Origin: Nymphaea colorata
Lineage: Eukaryota
Length of the DNA: 64,000 nucleotides
Assembly (NCBI RefSeq): GCF_008831285.2
Contig: NC_045138.2
Span: 29,884,001 to 29,948,000 of the forward strand
Direction: 5' to 3'
Shown: piece by piece, positions 27,607 through 40,208 of the stretch
How the letters are laid out: every line of letters starts with the position of its first letter
Numbering within the stretch: the first letter of the stretch is position 1
Notes under the pieces: model-generated
Seen by the model: the letters and a program-made list of their open reading frames with translations, nothing else
The model's database searches: none
Told to the model about the DNA's origin: nothing
Program-made: the position numbers and the translations under genes

Positions 27607-29146
27607 TTCGTCCGACTCGATTGCACCACTCTAATCGACGGGCAGCGGTGATGAACGAGCGGCGGGGCGTCGCTGGAAAAACTTTTCCGGGCGGGAATCC
27701 AATTGGCTTCGGAGACAGCGAGGAGGAACCGGTGGGGCGACGGCCAAAAATGGAGAATAAAGGAGAGCCAAGCGGGTGGGAAACGCAATAGAGAGAGAAC
27801 TTTCCCACCCTCTCTCTCTCCCTCTCCTCCCTGAAATATGGGCGTATGAATCTACAGCGTAAAAGAGATCCAAAAAGCAACAAGAAAAAGAAACAAATTT
27901 ATACATAGTTGCTGAACTGCCGCGCATATTGCAGTTAACCAGCTGTAATGTCCACATTTTTCGGAAAGCTCCTCATTGCGCGCGACTGAGTTCTTATTTA
28001 AACTCAATGGTGTAAGAGGCGTTCAATCAGTCCCATCGATCGCATTATTTCTAATGCTCTTCAATCATTTTTTACACAATCCGACTAATTAATTCTCTTT
28101 TCATATCTGTGACATTATGAATTTTTGAACATTACTTTACGTCCATTTTTGTGCTTTCGAACATAAACATGACCTCGTTATATTTGTTTTCTAAAAAACT
28201 ATTGGAAAAATAAAATTTGGTAATACCAATCTTGAAATATAACTCATTTAATATTTTTTATGTATTTATACATAATAAATTAATCATAAATATTATTTTT
28301 CAATAAAAATCTTGGAAACATAATATTCTGCCATACCAATCTCAAAACGTAGCTCATAATTCATTTCTGCGTGTATCTATACATAGTAAACTAATCCTAG
28401 ACACTACCCTCTGCACTCTCTTTCTTGTATGTTACAATCAGGTATTTATGAAGATATAATATTTTGGTGATAAACAAAAATAGCAGACATTAATCAACCC
28501 ACATGATCATCTCTCTCTTTCTCTTTGATTGAGGCGCCATTGTCTGTATGCAGCTGAGTAACTATTTCGCTCCGCCTTTTCTCTCTATTCAAAGCTCTCT
28601 TATTTCACTGTGCATTGTATTGTATTGTATATTTTGTCTTTTACTTCTGTTTTTACGGTTTATTTTTGTATTTAGGAAACTTTTTGTTTTCAAAATTTTG
28701 TTATATATTCTCATTTTATCGGTTTTTTCTCTTTCTAAAGTAAAAAGAGAAAAAAGCAGAATTCCAATACCAACATAGAAGAGAAATACCAGGTGCTAGT
28801 TGGTCATCGAATAATAATACCAAAAAAGAAGTGACACCTAAATAGGTGCCACTTTTTTTTATGAAATAATTGTACAGAATGACTGATTGAAGGATCATCG
28901 GTGGCGTGGGATCTTAGTTTCGCCCCATATGTATACGGTATTAAATACCTGGCATTTTAATGTCGGTCATTTGAATACTATTCATAACTTAGTAGAAATG
29001 CATGTGGGGTACCCAGAAAAAAAAATAAAAAAAATACAGTAGATAGGTTGAGACATTCAGTGCAAAAAAATAAATAAATAAATAAGAAAAATATCATATC
29101 ATATCAGATCTGACCTATTTTCCATGTTTGAGTGATCCTTCATTAA

Positions 29147-29516
29147 TGGCGTGTTTGACAGCTTCGGATTACAGATTCGTGTTGATTTGAGATCACTGAG
29201 GATCTCTAGGTCGAGGAATTGAAGTCAGAACTACTTTCATCGGATACTTTGACTACATTGTGATGATCTCATATCATTATTTTTCTATAGGTCTGAAATC
29301 CAGTGTTGGGATTTTAAATCAGCCTCGAATCTCATATCCAAGAAGCTATCAAACGCACCCTGAGTACCTCAGATCTGATGATTTGAAGAAATTAAATACG
29401 TGGTTTTTGCCACATACTCAAATCCTGATATATAGAAATCCAGTATTTATGTACTTTGTCATAAAAGTGATTTTAGATCAGCCTCGGTGATAATATGATG
29501 CTATCAAACACACCTT
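29147..29516. mobile_element. Tourist/PIF-Harbinger-like MITE
   Basis: Left end TAA|TGGCGTGTTTGACAGC, right end GCTATCAAACACACCT|TAA, a second internal right end GCTATCAAACGCACC at ~29344-29358. TAA flanks fit a 3-bp TSD. Confidence 0.6.
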
Positions 29517-29833
29517 AAGGTTCATTACTTACTGCAGAACTGCAACGATGTTAGTCAGAACACCAAGCAACGTGGCGGGGCTCGGAGGTTGTTGGTGCAC
29601 TAGTGGGGGTCAGTGGCCGACAAACGGCTGATTATAGGCATCACTCTCTTGTGCTGTAAATGAGGATGCAGCGATCCACTAGCTGATGTATAACACAGGC
29701 GCACCGTCATAGCCTTACAGCCTAGGGTAAAGTAGCCTGTGGATACATTATAATATGCTGGAATGTTGAGGTCTTTTTAAAGTAGGTTATTTATTATGGC
29801 ATTCCATTTACGACGGTAAAATGTTTGTTATAA

Positions 29834-29915
29834 TTTGTTAAATGCTATAATATCCAAGTAGCCTCCTCAAGTCTTTGTTAAATGCTATAATATCCAAGTA
29901 GCCTCCTCAAGTCTT
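29834..29915. repeat. Exact 40-bp tandem duplication
   Basis: TTTGTTAAATGCTATAATATCCAAGTAGCCTCCTCAAGTC twice in a row. Confidence 0.95.
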
Positions 29916-31029
29916 CAATTTTCACCCTAGCCCACTTTTAAGTGAAAAGGTGTTATGGACCACCTTTTAGGATTCATATGAGCAAAAATAGAAATACAAG
30001 TACCCCATTTGTGTTCATAACTAAAAGGTGGTCCTCTTGATAAAAAACTTTTTGCAAACATACAAAAGGTAAATTTCTAAATTCATGATTTATGTGAAAA
30101 TTTACAAGGCATCTCAAAGCAGATCTTTAATAAGAGAAGCGGTTACTTAACGTATAATAAAGTGATTAAATATAAAACCCTTTTTTGGTTGATCATTAGT
30201 CATCTAATTAATTTAATTCATAGTCTACAAAGTTCAAATTTAAAGTTAATATTTCAAAGTAAAGCAATAACTGCCCATGTAAGATTTTGTTAAACGAACT
30301 CGCAATCAATATACATAATCTATCTTAGTGATGTTGAACTATTTTCTAAACAAGAACCCAATCTGTATAATTTCAACATATAACCATTTACTCTTAACTC
30401 ACTTAATTATCACACTAAACCATGCATTTAAGGATTTGAACAATGAAATGCCTCTACTATATCTGATATCATTTATTTTTTTGAAAAAAATAAAGAGTAT
30501 CATCATACAGTGGATATCTAGATCATAAAGCAAAAAGTCATAATGTGGAAAGCAATTGCAAAGTCAGAGACGAAAGATTCTGCGCCGTCCATATTGGACA
30601 CGAAATCACATACACACAGATTGGAGGGCGCATGCTTGGACCTCCACTTTCTCTTTGATTCACAAATTGCTGATGCCCTGAACAGCACCAGCAACCAGCA
30701 AAGTCATCAGCAACCATAGCCATGGAAAGTGCACATTTAGCTCAGCAAACCACTACCACCTGACTTTACTTTAAAAAAAAAGTACAATTGCATGTAAGAT
30801 ATCTTTTCCGAAACTCTTGTATCACAAGGACACGGCCGATTTCCGCACCTTGTCTTTTACAAATTTGCCGTAGAAATTTCATACTACCGTAAATAATTGG
30901 GGTGTCCGTGTGACATAGTTCAAAATTGTTGGTCTTATGGGCTTGGAGGCACCACCCATCTTCGATCGAGCAAGTTCAGAGTGGCTAATAATCATAAGTA
31001 TCTTTTGCGAAGTGCAGATTGATATAGGT

Positions 31030-31390
31030 TAAGCCTAGGCATCGGCTCAGCCCGACCTGGTAAGGAGTTGGGTTTGGACTGGCCTGACACCTGAAGCCCA
31101 GGCCTGGGCCCGGCCCTGCCCGACACTTAAAACTCAAGCTGGGCTCGGGCCTAGCCCGATTAAAAGAATATATATTTTTAATATAAAATAATATATAAAA
31201 ATTGATAAAATATATATTAAAAAAATCTTATAATGAACCACTTAAAGGATTTTTTTTTTTTTGTATTTAAAGATGTCATCCAATCGCTGTCAAGATCCAC
31301 TAGACCGTACCCACCAACGTTGAGCCTGTTCAATCTCGGGCTAGGTGGTATTCGCTCTTCTCCTTTTAAAACGTGGGCCTCGAGTTGGAA
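31030..31390. mobile_element. Non-autonomous DNA transposon remnant (GGGC/GCCCGA-rich ends, AT-rich core)
   Basis: Clustered GCCCGA/GGGCC motifs followed by an AT-rich block; related sequence at ~59725-59900 (shared GGCTCAGCCCGA and CCGATTAAAA). Confidence 0.5.
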
Positions 31391-32318
31391 CACGCTTTAG
31401 CATGGGTGACTTAACCGGTATTGATTTTCCAATTGGCCGAACATTATAATTAGTTATTTTCAAATCTTTGCTCAACAAATCATGTCGCCTTTACATTTTC
31501 CAGAATTTTCTAACTCCAAACTTTTATTATATTGATCCAATTAATTCAGTTGTTTCTCCTAATCTTCTTGGAAAACATTTCGATTCGAAAACCCATTTAA
31601 CAAAGATTGCTTATCTAAACGGTTTGAACTCTCGTTGGATCTACAATTACCAGATCCAACTTGATCGGGTCTTCATTAACCAGATACGGACTGAAACTCA
31701 GATTTAGACTTAAGTTTTTGAAACTGCTATCAGATCCAACAGGGATAAGATCCCAGGTTTACATATAGTTGGGTTGGCACCCATTCAAATCTCAAATTTG
31801 GATTTGGTGACTGAAACCATATCATCCCTAGTTTAATATCTAGAGCCAACTTCTCATGGATGTAAACATCCAACTGATTAATGGTTTTGCTTCACTGAAA
31901 CAGTAAATACTAAAATTTGATCCAACTCACCTGTGTACAATTCACATGTTGTCACGTATACATTTTGAAATCGTCTGTGAAAATTGTCTGGGATTGTTAG
32001 CTAAAGCATATTGCTGCTCATAGAAATCTGAAAGGGCAATTCTTGGCCATGAATGCCGTTTACAACATATGATGAGAATACAAAAATTTACATAAAGAAA
32101 AATTCCAGTATATGCTTCATTATATGTGAAGGGATTTTCTCCTTGAAACTGTTCCTCACTTCCATTGCATACATGAATCAGTGAATCAGCAGTTGCCCGC
32201 GAGCAACTAACTAAATAAATAAAGCATGTGACAGAGAAGAAGACATCCATAAGTGAGAAACTGAGAACCTAAGTAATTCTTACATGAGTGGTTTGGAATC
32301 TTCGTTCATCTGTTACTC

Positions 32319-35300
32319 TCACATTCGAGAAGGATACGCAGTCTTCCTCCACCTCCCCAATATTTCTCTTCCCTGTACAGTTTGTGAAAGAATCAGCACG
32401 ATCATGCACTAGAATGGAATAAGTATCTCATTTTGGCCTACAAGAAGAACAAATTGAAAGGCATGTGAACCAGACGGTCAGACAAACAGCATCTGCATAT
32501 GGACATGACACCACATCCTACATGATCCACCAAGTCATAGAGATTTTAACAAAATGCTTTTTCTCTCTCTTACCTATGATTTTAAGAATGCAGTGAAGAG
32601 TTCATGCACTCAGTTTCACAACCAGCGAACAATGTTTGCATTTTCCACAGAACATCGGATAATTCACAAAGCAGATGGAAGATTTGTGAATTCATTTCAT
32701 AAACAGTTTGTTTGAATCGGTATCACATCTAGCAAAGCACACCAATAGACACAAGTCCTTCACATGCTTCAAGTGCCAGCTCATACTTGGACTTCACATG
32801 AGATTTCAAAGATACATCATGTTTCTTCCTCTTGAAGATGGCACTAGACTTGGTATTATAAGCATAATAATTCGAAGAATGTTAACATTAAGATCGTATT
32901 GAAAGCTACATCCTCGTATAATGAAAAGTTGAGGTTGATCATCAAGTGCAATCAGACCAATGCTCGTATGAGCTTCTGGAGACTTGATTCATCCGATCGA
33001 ATATGATTGGTATGCAGCAGGCCATTTCACAGTTGCAACTATTGCATACGATCAGTAATGGAACTTATAGCAAGACTTGTGAGATACTCAAGCTAGCAGT
33101 TGAGAAGTACATTAACTTCGAAGGCCTGCTGTTGATACGGGAGAACACCATCATCAGTCTTTTGGTCCCCCATTTAGTCTCTAGTTTCCCTAGATATTTG
33201 TTGTGATTCATTTGAGAAACTAATATTCCATTTAGGTCCACTCTCCAAGAAGTGCCTCTTAAGAATTCCTAAGAATGATATCTGATTTCCTTAATCTTGC
33301 TTCAGATCTGCAATCACCCTCTCACTATACCACCTGGTTCAGGCATTCAGCTATATCATGCACATTGCACATGAACAATAAGACCATAATACAAGTAGTT
33401 CTTCAAGTATGTTATCAACATCTCTGCATGAAACTAAAGTCCATAATGGCTCTTTCAGATCTTCAACTCACACTCACATACACTGCAAATTCAGCATACC
33501 GGTTTGAGCTTGTATATAACTATTCCCTTGGCAAAGACTAAGAATCAAGAACATATATTCCTCTTTCTTTAGACCAAGTACGTAACTGTACATATTCAGC
33601 TGAGAGAGATTTAATTCATAATAACAGGAAACAAACATTCCAATATAGCTCAATATTGCGGTTGGAGAAAAATCACCAAGTAAGCTCCTCTCTTTAAGCA
33701 TACCTTTATAAACTAGTTTGAAGTTTGAACCTCTTTATAGACATCACATTTTCATTTCATAACATAAATTTACTCTCATCTGTTCACCTTGTCTCTTGGG
33801 TTAACATCAAAATCCCAACTTGTTAGTTCCAGAAAGCCTCCATCATCATGTATCTGTTCTTAAGCATTCAAGGCCTTTTCCTCATTCCTGACATGACATG
33901 GCTATAAAGTACAGTTGGCCGTGCAGGTGATGCTGAATCTAGAAACAAGTGATGTGAGGCAGATCACACAACTGAACATTTGGGTTCCCTTTACGAAATG
34001 GCAATAAGAAGATGACCAAAGTCACGTGTTGAGGCAAACTCTACGGTCTGATTTCTGAGCCTGTTGAATCATTGAAACCTCAAATCTAGAAGGCACAGAT
34101 ACACTCCTTTCTCCTCTAAGGTATGCAATCTCCACCATCTGGAATTCCTTTGCCATAACTACCAGTAAGACATTTTGGTGGAACAAACAGTCAATAAGGG
34201 ATGGAGGTTAACTATTACAAATTTCCCTTTCAATTTCAGATTTTCAAAAGAAGTAAGTTAGACAAGCTTGTTTCTAGTGAACATTATAGCACTCATCCCC
34301 TACGAATGAAAAGACACTTTCTTAGTTCCAGATTAAATTTGTCTTACACTTTTTAACATGCACATAACTCATACAGCCGATCATACGGAAGCAAGCAGCC
34401 AGGAAAGAGCATGAGAATTATCAAGCACATGCATGGAAGATTCACCTGAGAAGAACTAATAAAATACCACCTAATGAAGTAAGCAAGGGTGAGTGCAAGA
34501 GTAACCAATAAGTTTCCAAAATGTAAAAAAGAACAGCCAACTTCTAATAGGTCAAACTTCTTTCTCTCAACAGCCAAGTTTTATTTGGTGCAACAAGTTC
34601 TTTGAGGTTCAGCAACATGGTCTCAGTTAGTTTGCCACCATCTCTGGGTCAGTTTTGAGAGGCACACACTTTCCAATATCTGAGCATAAGGCATTGAGCT
34701 ATTAGGTTTCACTACTGTGATCAATTTGAGAAGTAGGGGACATTTTATTCTTCAATTTAAGCCAGCAGAATTTCGTAATTTTTGAGAACCCATTTATGAA
34801 ATATGAAAGTGTACTCATATACACTTACTAGATATGCTACAGTACATGGCCTTCCAGCACTTTTAGAGTATCTATTGCAAATCATAAAAAATGCAGAATG
34901 CATTTTAAGAACAAAAAACTACTCACCTCAGATGCTGCAACAATGCAGACATCTCACTGAAAAAAAAATATATACTTGGTACACTACACACTAGAGAACA
35001 AGGAGCACCATGAGCTTGGTCACATGCCACACTGCACATTGACTATAGCCAAACTCTCTCTCTGTCTGATTTTCTCAAGCAAATGTTGACATTATAAAAA
35101 GACAAAAGCTAAAGGAGAAATAAATATGTTTGTAAACCTTCCGAGGCTTAATTGCAAGTTGATTATCTTCAATTGTGATTGCCTTGAAACCAAATGGATG
35201 TAGCACTTCCTCATAACTGCAAGTGCATAAACACCATGCAAAAAATCACACACTCCACTTATGGTGCAACCAAATGTATTAATCTCAAAGATGCAAGAAC

Positions 35301-38030
35301 AACTTCAAGGATTGGAAATTACTCAGTCACAGAAACTTTAAATGGTGGACCTCCGATATGATCATCAACCTGTCCCACACAGTAGCCATCTATTAGTCTA
35401 TTAAGCCTCCACCATTACAAGTACGATACCATCTTACACAGTTAAGAAAATGAAGGCATCAACCTGCAATTTCCAAATTCGCTGTACTTTCAAAGTACTG
35501 GCATTAAACATCTCATAATGAGAATTATATGTAAAAGTTATATGTAGAATAATCCAAGTGTACTGTGATCATCATAAGTTGCAACTTAAAAACTAATAAC
35601 AGAACTTTTTAAGGACTCCAGCAAGGTTGAACCAAAGAGCCAAATAAGAAAGGAACTGAGCACAGGTTCAAACTTTACTGGGAACATCAATGTAATAAGT
35701 TCCCCATCAATTCTCAAGAGTTCATGCATGCCTTTTGCCCAAGCTGACCTCATGCTTGGTTCCAGGCCGCAGAAAAACCTGTAGACTTTTGAAACAAATA
35801 GTCAGGATATAATAGGGGTATAAAACTTAATGGTGATAAGTAACAGAATGGGATTGATATAGCTGATTGCAAAACAAATGTTAAAGAAACTTACGTATAA
35901 TCAAAGATAAAATCAAACAACTCTGTTGGTCTCCAAGTGAAAAAGTCAGCAGCGATGAAGGCAAAGTTATCAAAATTGGTGGCTGAGGAAAATAACTGCA
36001 TAGAGTTACGAAGACCAACAATGGCATTAGTCACATGAAGATCCATGTTTTTTGTGCTGATGGTAAACCAAATGTGAAAAAAGAAAAACAAGAGAACCAA
36101 AATAACATATATAGGTTAAGCAATCCATGTACATAAAAAACCTAATCTGCAGTATCAATTCTGTGAATGGTGACCTGGAACCACCAATAATTCTAATCTA
36201 ACCTTAGAGAAAAGTTACATACAAACACTTTAGATCAGAATGACAGCAACGAATTTACAAGAAAAGCTTATATTTTTGGCAGGTTCATAGATGAAGAATT
36301 CAAATCACGACAGAAATGAGTGCATACTTACTCCTTTGGCCCGTTTAATAGCCTTTTCTGATATGTCCAAACCTACAACAAAGAGATCAGCACTGGCAAG
36401 AGCCACTACATCATACCCCTGCAAAGAAGGAAATTGGAAAACTGAAAGTGGATATGTAAAACCTTGAAAATAGTTAAAGATAAATTGACCTTCCAGGAAC
36501 AGTCATGTGGGAGAAAATAGACTAGTGTTTCACCATTGAGGTGAACTGACCAACTAATTGCAAGCTAACTTATAATGACTTCATCAGTTCAACAGCTTTT
36601 AGACAAGTTACCAAGAAATAACTGGTCTCTTCCTGCAGTGACACATGCACAAATAGGATGCACCAAGGCACTTTTTGGCTGAAAGAAATCAGTATATAAA
36701 TTGCCACACATGATGAAATGTAGTCAAGAAAAGACATTTTTTTACTCTAAAGGAATGAGAATCTAAATGTTCCAAGACCAACAATTAGACCAGATGACTC
36801 AAAGAACACCATTTATTTTTAGAAACCAAGGACTACCCAACTGAAACTTATCACAACTTAGCAATGGCCAAGTGCCAAAGACATCAATATGCACAACCAA
36901 GGTCCAAGGAGAAGCAGGAATCCAGAAATCATGGTCGACTAGCTCTGCGTTTAGGAGTTACCAAGAAGACCAGGGAGTGGTCCAACGACTTACCCCATAA
37001 AGTTAAAAATATATACATTATATTTACTTCTAGAAACTGAACTAGCAAAAAAATTATAAAAATATAAGTTGAAAAGATGCTTACACTACCACATCCTGGG
37101 ACAAGGCCCCTGCCTTTTGGGAGGGATCCGTTCTGAACAAGATGAAGAACGACCGGCGTTGGCTTTCCTAAGTCCCAAGGTGCAAATTCTTCCTCCCAAC
37201 ATTTATCCCATCCATCTAAGTTGCCAGTATAGTTATGAGAAAAGCACAAAGGAAAACAGTGAAAAAAAAAAGGTTCACTAGTAAGAAAAGAAAAAATTCC
37301 ACCCATTTCAAACATGACTATAAGTAAAGCAACTTTAATTTCAATTGCCAATTTCGAGTATAACAACAAAACTAGAAAAGAAACTTTCACTAGCTATAAA
37401 GGTATAATGAATTTGTCAATCCTCATAAAACAGGGAACGATAGGGACAACAAAATTTGCATTCCACATGCAATAGCCCAACAACAGCCTACAAGGCTGTG
37501 CACAATGCTCCCGTTCTGAATTAGATGGTTTAAGGTTAACGCCTTCACATTGGCAGAGGTCTAGAGTTCGCTTCTGCTGATCAGCATCCGCTTGTCCACA
37601 AAGTAGAATTATTATAGTGGAAAAAGGCAATAAAGCACAGGAGAGTCGACGAGTTCAATATCGAAAATCAGAAACTCTACGATTATCAAGAAAAGAGACA
37701 TGGAAAGTGTTCATGAATAACCACCCAATGAACGACGGTCTGAATTTGGGGAATCCAAGTGTCACCTAAGCCATGTTGCCGCATGATCGCCTGAAGCTTG
37801 GACGGCGGTTGAGGTTGTGTCCTGCTCATGCACTTGCCATCGTCACACACACCATCATCCTTCGCGCCTTTCTTCGTGGACTCCATGTTGAGCTGATGAA
37901 CCTCCCTGGATGCTGGAACTCCTCCCACGCCTCTTCTACGTATCACAAGGGCCTCGCTAGATTGGTGGCCAGCCTTGATCCAAGCCCCAGTAATACTGGA
38001 TCTGCAGAAAACGGATCGAAATCTATTCAT
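32319..38030 (-). CDS. HOL: Thiol/halide (thiocyanate) methyltransferase, HOL/TPMT family, copy A
   Basis: Exons ~38030-37766, ~37215-37085 ([31 protein letters not shown]), ~36418-36332 ([17 protein letters not shown]), ~35995-35895 ([20 protein letters not shown]), ~35778-35679 ([22 protein letters not shown]), ~35369-35324 ([11 protein letters not shown]), ~35217-35138, ~32372-32319 ([17 protein letters not shown]). Alternative start at ~37886 (MESTKK). Confidence 0.9.
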
Positions 38031-39726
38031 TTCATGTATTTCGAAGGCTTGGCTCACCGGTATGTAACGTGCCCGTGCTCCTCCACCAACCCCACAGGGG
38101 AGGAGATGGATTTACGCGGTTCGGGGAGAAAAAACGACGAGGAAAAAGAGGAGAAACAATTTCATTCGTTGGTCAATTTTTATCATAATTTCATATGTAG
38201 GTCGCATGATTTTCATTTGCCAGTTGAAGGCCAACCTCCTACCTCTCCCTTTTGTTGTTCTTTCTGTAAAGCTCTATACATACTTTTTGTTTGAATCAAA
38301 GGTCAGAGGCCTCATCCTCCAGCTGGGTTGTCGCGGAATTCTTAAAAAATGAGTTCCTACATCAAACAAAGTGAATGAATGAAGAAGAAGGAAGTAGCGA
38401 AGTAATTTGCAGAATAAATGACAAATGAAGTTAGTTTTTCCAACTACTGAGCGAATCAAACACTATGCAGCAAAATTTACTGTCACTGTTGTGCCTCTAT
38501 GATGATCTCAAATTCTGAGCGGGCATGAGTCCAACCAGTTATTGCCAAACTCAATAATAACTTTAAAATCTGAATCTAAATCTGATCCAGATCCATCTAT
38601 GCATACCGGCACTTGTCTGACCCCCAAGCCTGAATTTGAACCTAATCAAACAGTTAAGTTGAACTCGATGTGCATCTTTGGATGTTTGCACCATTGCATG
38701 CGTCAGCAATGACTTCATCCTACTCTCTCTCCCTTACTGTTCAAAGAATGGTCCTCAAAAGTTTGGTTCTTGTCCAATCGGATCGCTCGCTCCTTGAAGT
38801 TTGTGTAATTATTTAGTATTTGTGGTCTTTCACGTAATCTTCGTTAGCACGTAACGTGGTTGCAGCCGATCATTCCTCCCAAGTAATTGACTGTCTTCAC
38901 AAGAGATTGAGAGTGAGAGGAGGACATGCCATCCGATTTGCATACGTGATAGCGCAATGAAGATTCAGCACTAATTGGAGGCATGAATAATTGCATGTAT
39001 AACTACTACCTGTAAATTTGAGTAAATTTTTTGGATGGTGTTTGGTAAGATGATTGTGGTTCTTGGGACACACGAACGTAGAGCACATGAAAAGTATTAT
39101 GTTGTTGACTGAATAAATATGATGTGTTTATGAATGTTGTTTCTAGATAATATAGCCAATGATGTGACTACCAATACCAACATACCGAGGGGAGTTCCAT
39201 CCACCTGGCTAGGGGTTTAGATTTAGGATCTTTTAAGTTGAATGATCTCAATAGCTTGATGCCAGGATCCAACATCTTAGCACAAAAATGAACTGATCAA
39301 TGGCTTTGCTTCGTCGAAGCCAAAAATTTAATTGAAATTGCGAAGGTACAACCTGGTCAGTTACTCGTGCTCATCAGTGGAAAATCTGTTGAAAGCAGAA
39401 GTGGCAGGGATGATTCAATAATCTGTTAGTTTGCACAAGGTTCTGCATTTTCCCTGTGCACACTTAAGACTTAATTGTCATCAACCTCATCTATCCAGTT
39501 GGAAGTAGCAACAAAGCTAGGGGAATCATGATCCTTTTTGAAACACAATAAGTTTATGAAAAAATGTTTAAAGATTCAAATATTTCAAGGTAGCTGAGTT
39601 GCTGTGAAATCATTCATTTCCCAGTCAGAATTGTAATCAGCAGCTAAAATTCCAATGCACTCACTATCTTCTTTTCACCAAAAGAAATATTATGTGTGTG
39701 GGAGAGCAAAAGAAAGCGAGGGGGAA

Positions 39727-39728
<2 letters not shown>

Positions 39729-39799
<71 letters not shown>

Positions 39800-39830
39800 G
39801 TGAGAGAGAGAGGGAAAGGGAGAGAGAGAG

Positions 39831-39872
<42 letters not shown>

Positions 39873-39905
39873 GTGAGAGAGAGAGGGAAAGGGAGAGAGA
39901 GAGAC
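39729..39905. repeat. Compound (TA)n/(GA)n microsatellite with a duplicated unit
   Basis: (TA)n-GTGATAGTGAGAGAGAGAGGGAAA-GGG(AG)n occurs twice. Confidence 0.9.
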
Positions 39906-40208
39906 AATTGTAGCCACATAACAAAGCACTGCTATGGTTATGCATGTGATATCAACTTCGAGTTGTCTATATATTGCATAGTTCCTTGTAATCCACTCAC
40001 ACCACCATGTCATGAAGAATTTTTCAAAGTAACCGACATTTTATTTATGACATTTATTTCATAAATGGAACACCAATTACCACAAACCACTACCAACACA
40101 TAACAGGAATGAAACTTGACAGCAAACAAGACATCCTTAAATCTGAGAACATATTACTGGCACTACTGCATTCTCAAGCCAGAATGACTTTAAATCTTCA
40201 TCCATCTG

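Noticed and set aside
37773..38294. 173-aa plus-strand ORF
   Set aside because: Antisense to HOL copy A exon 1 and its promoter; no protein-like signature.
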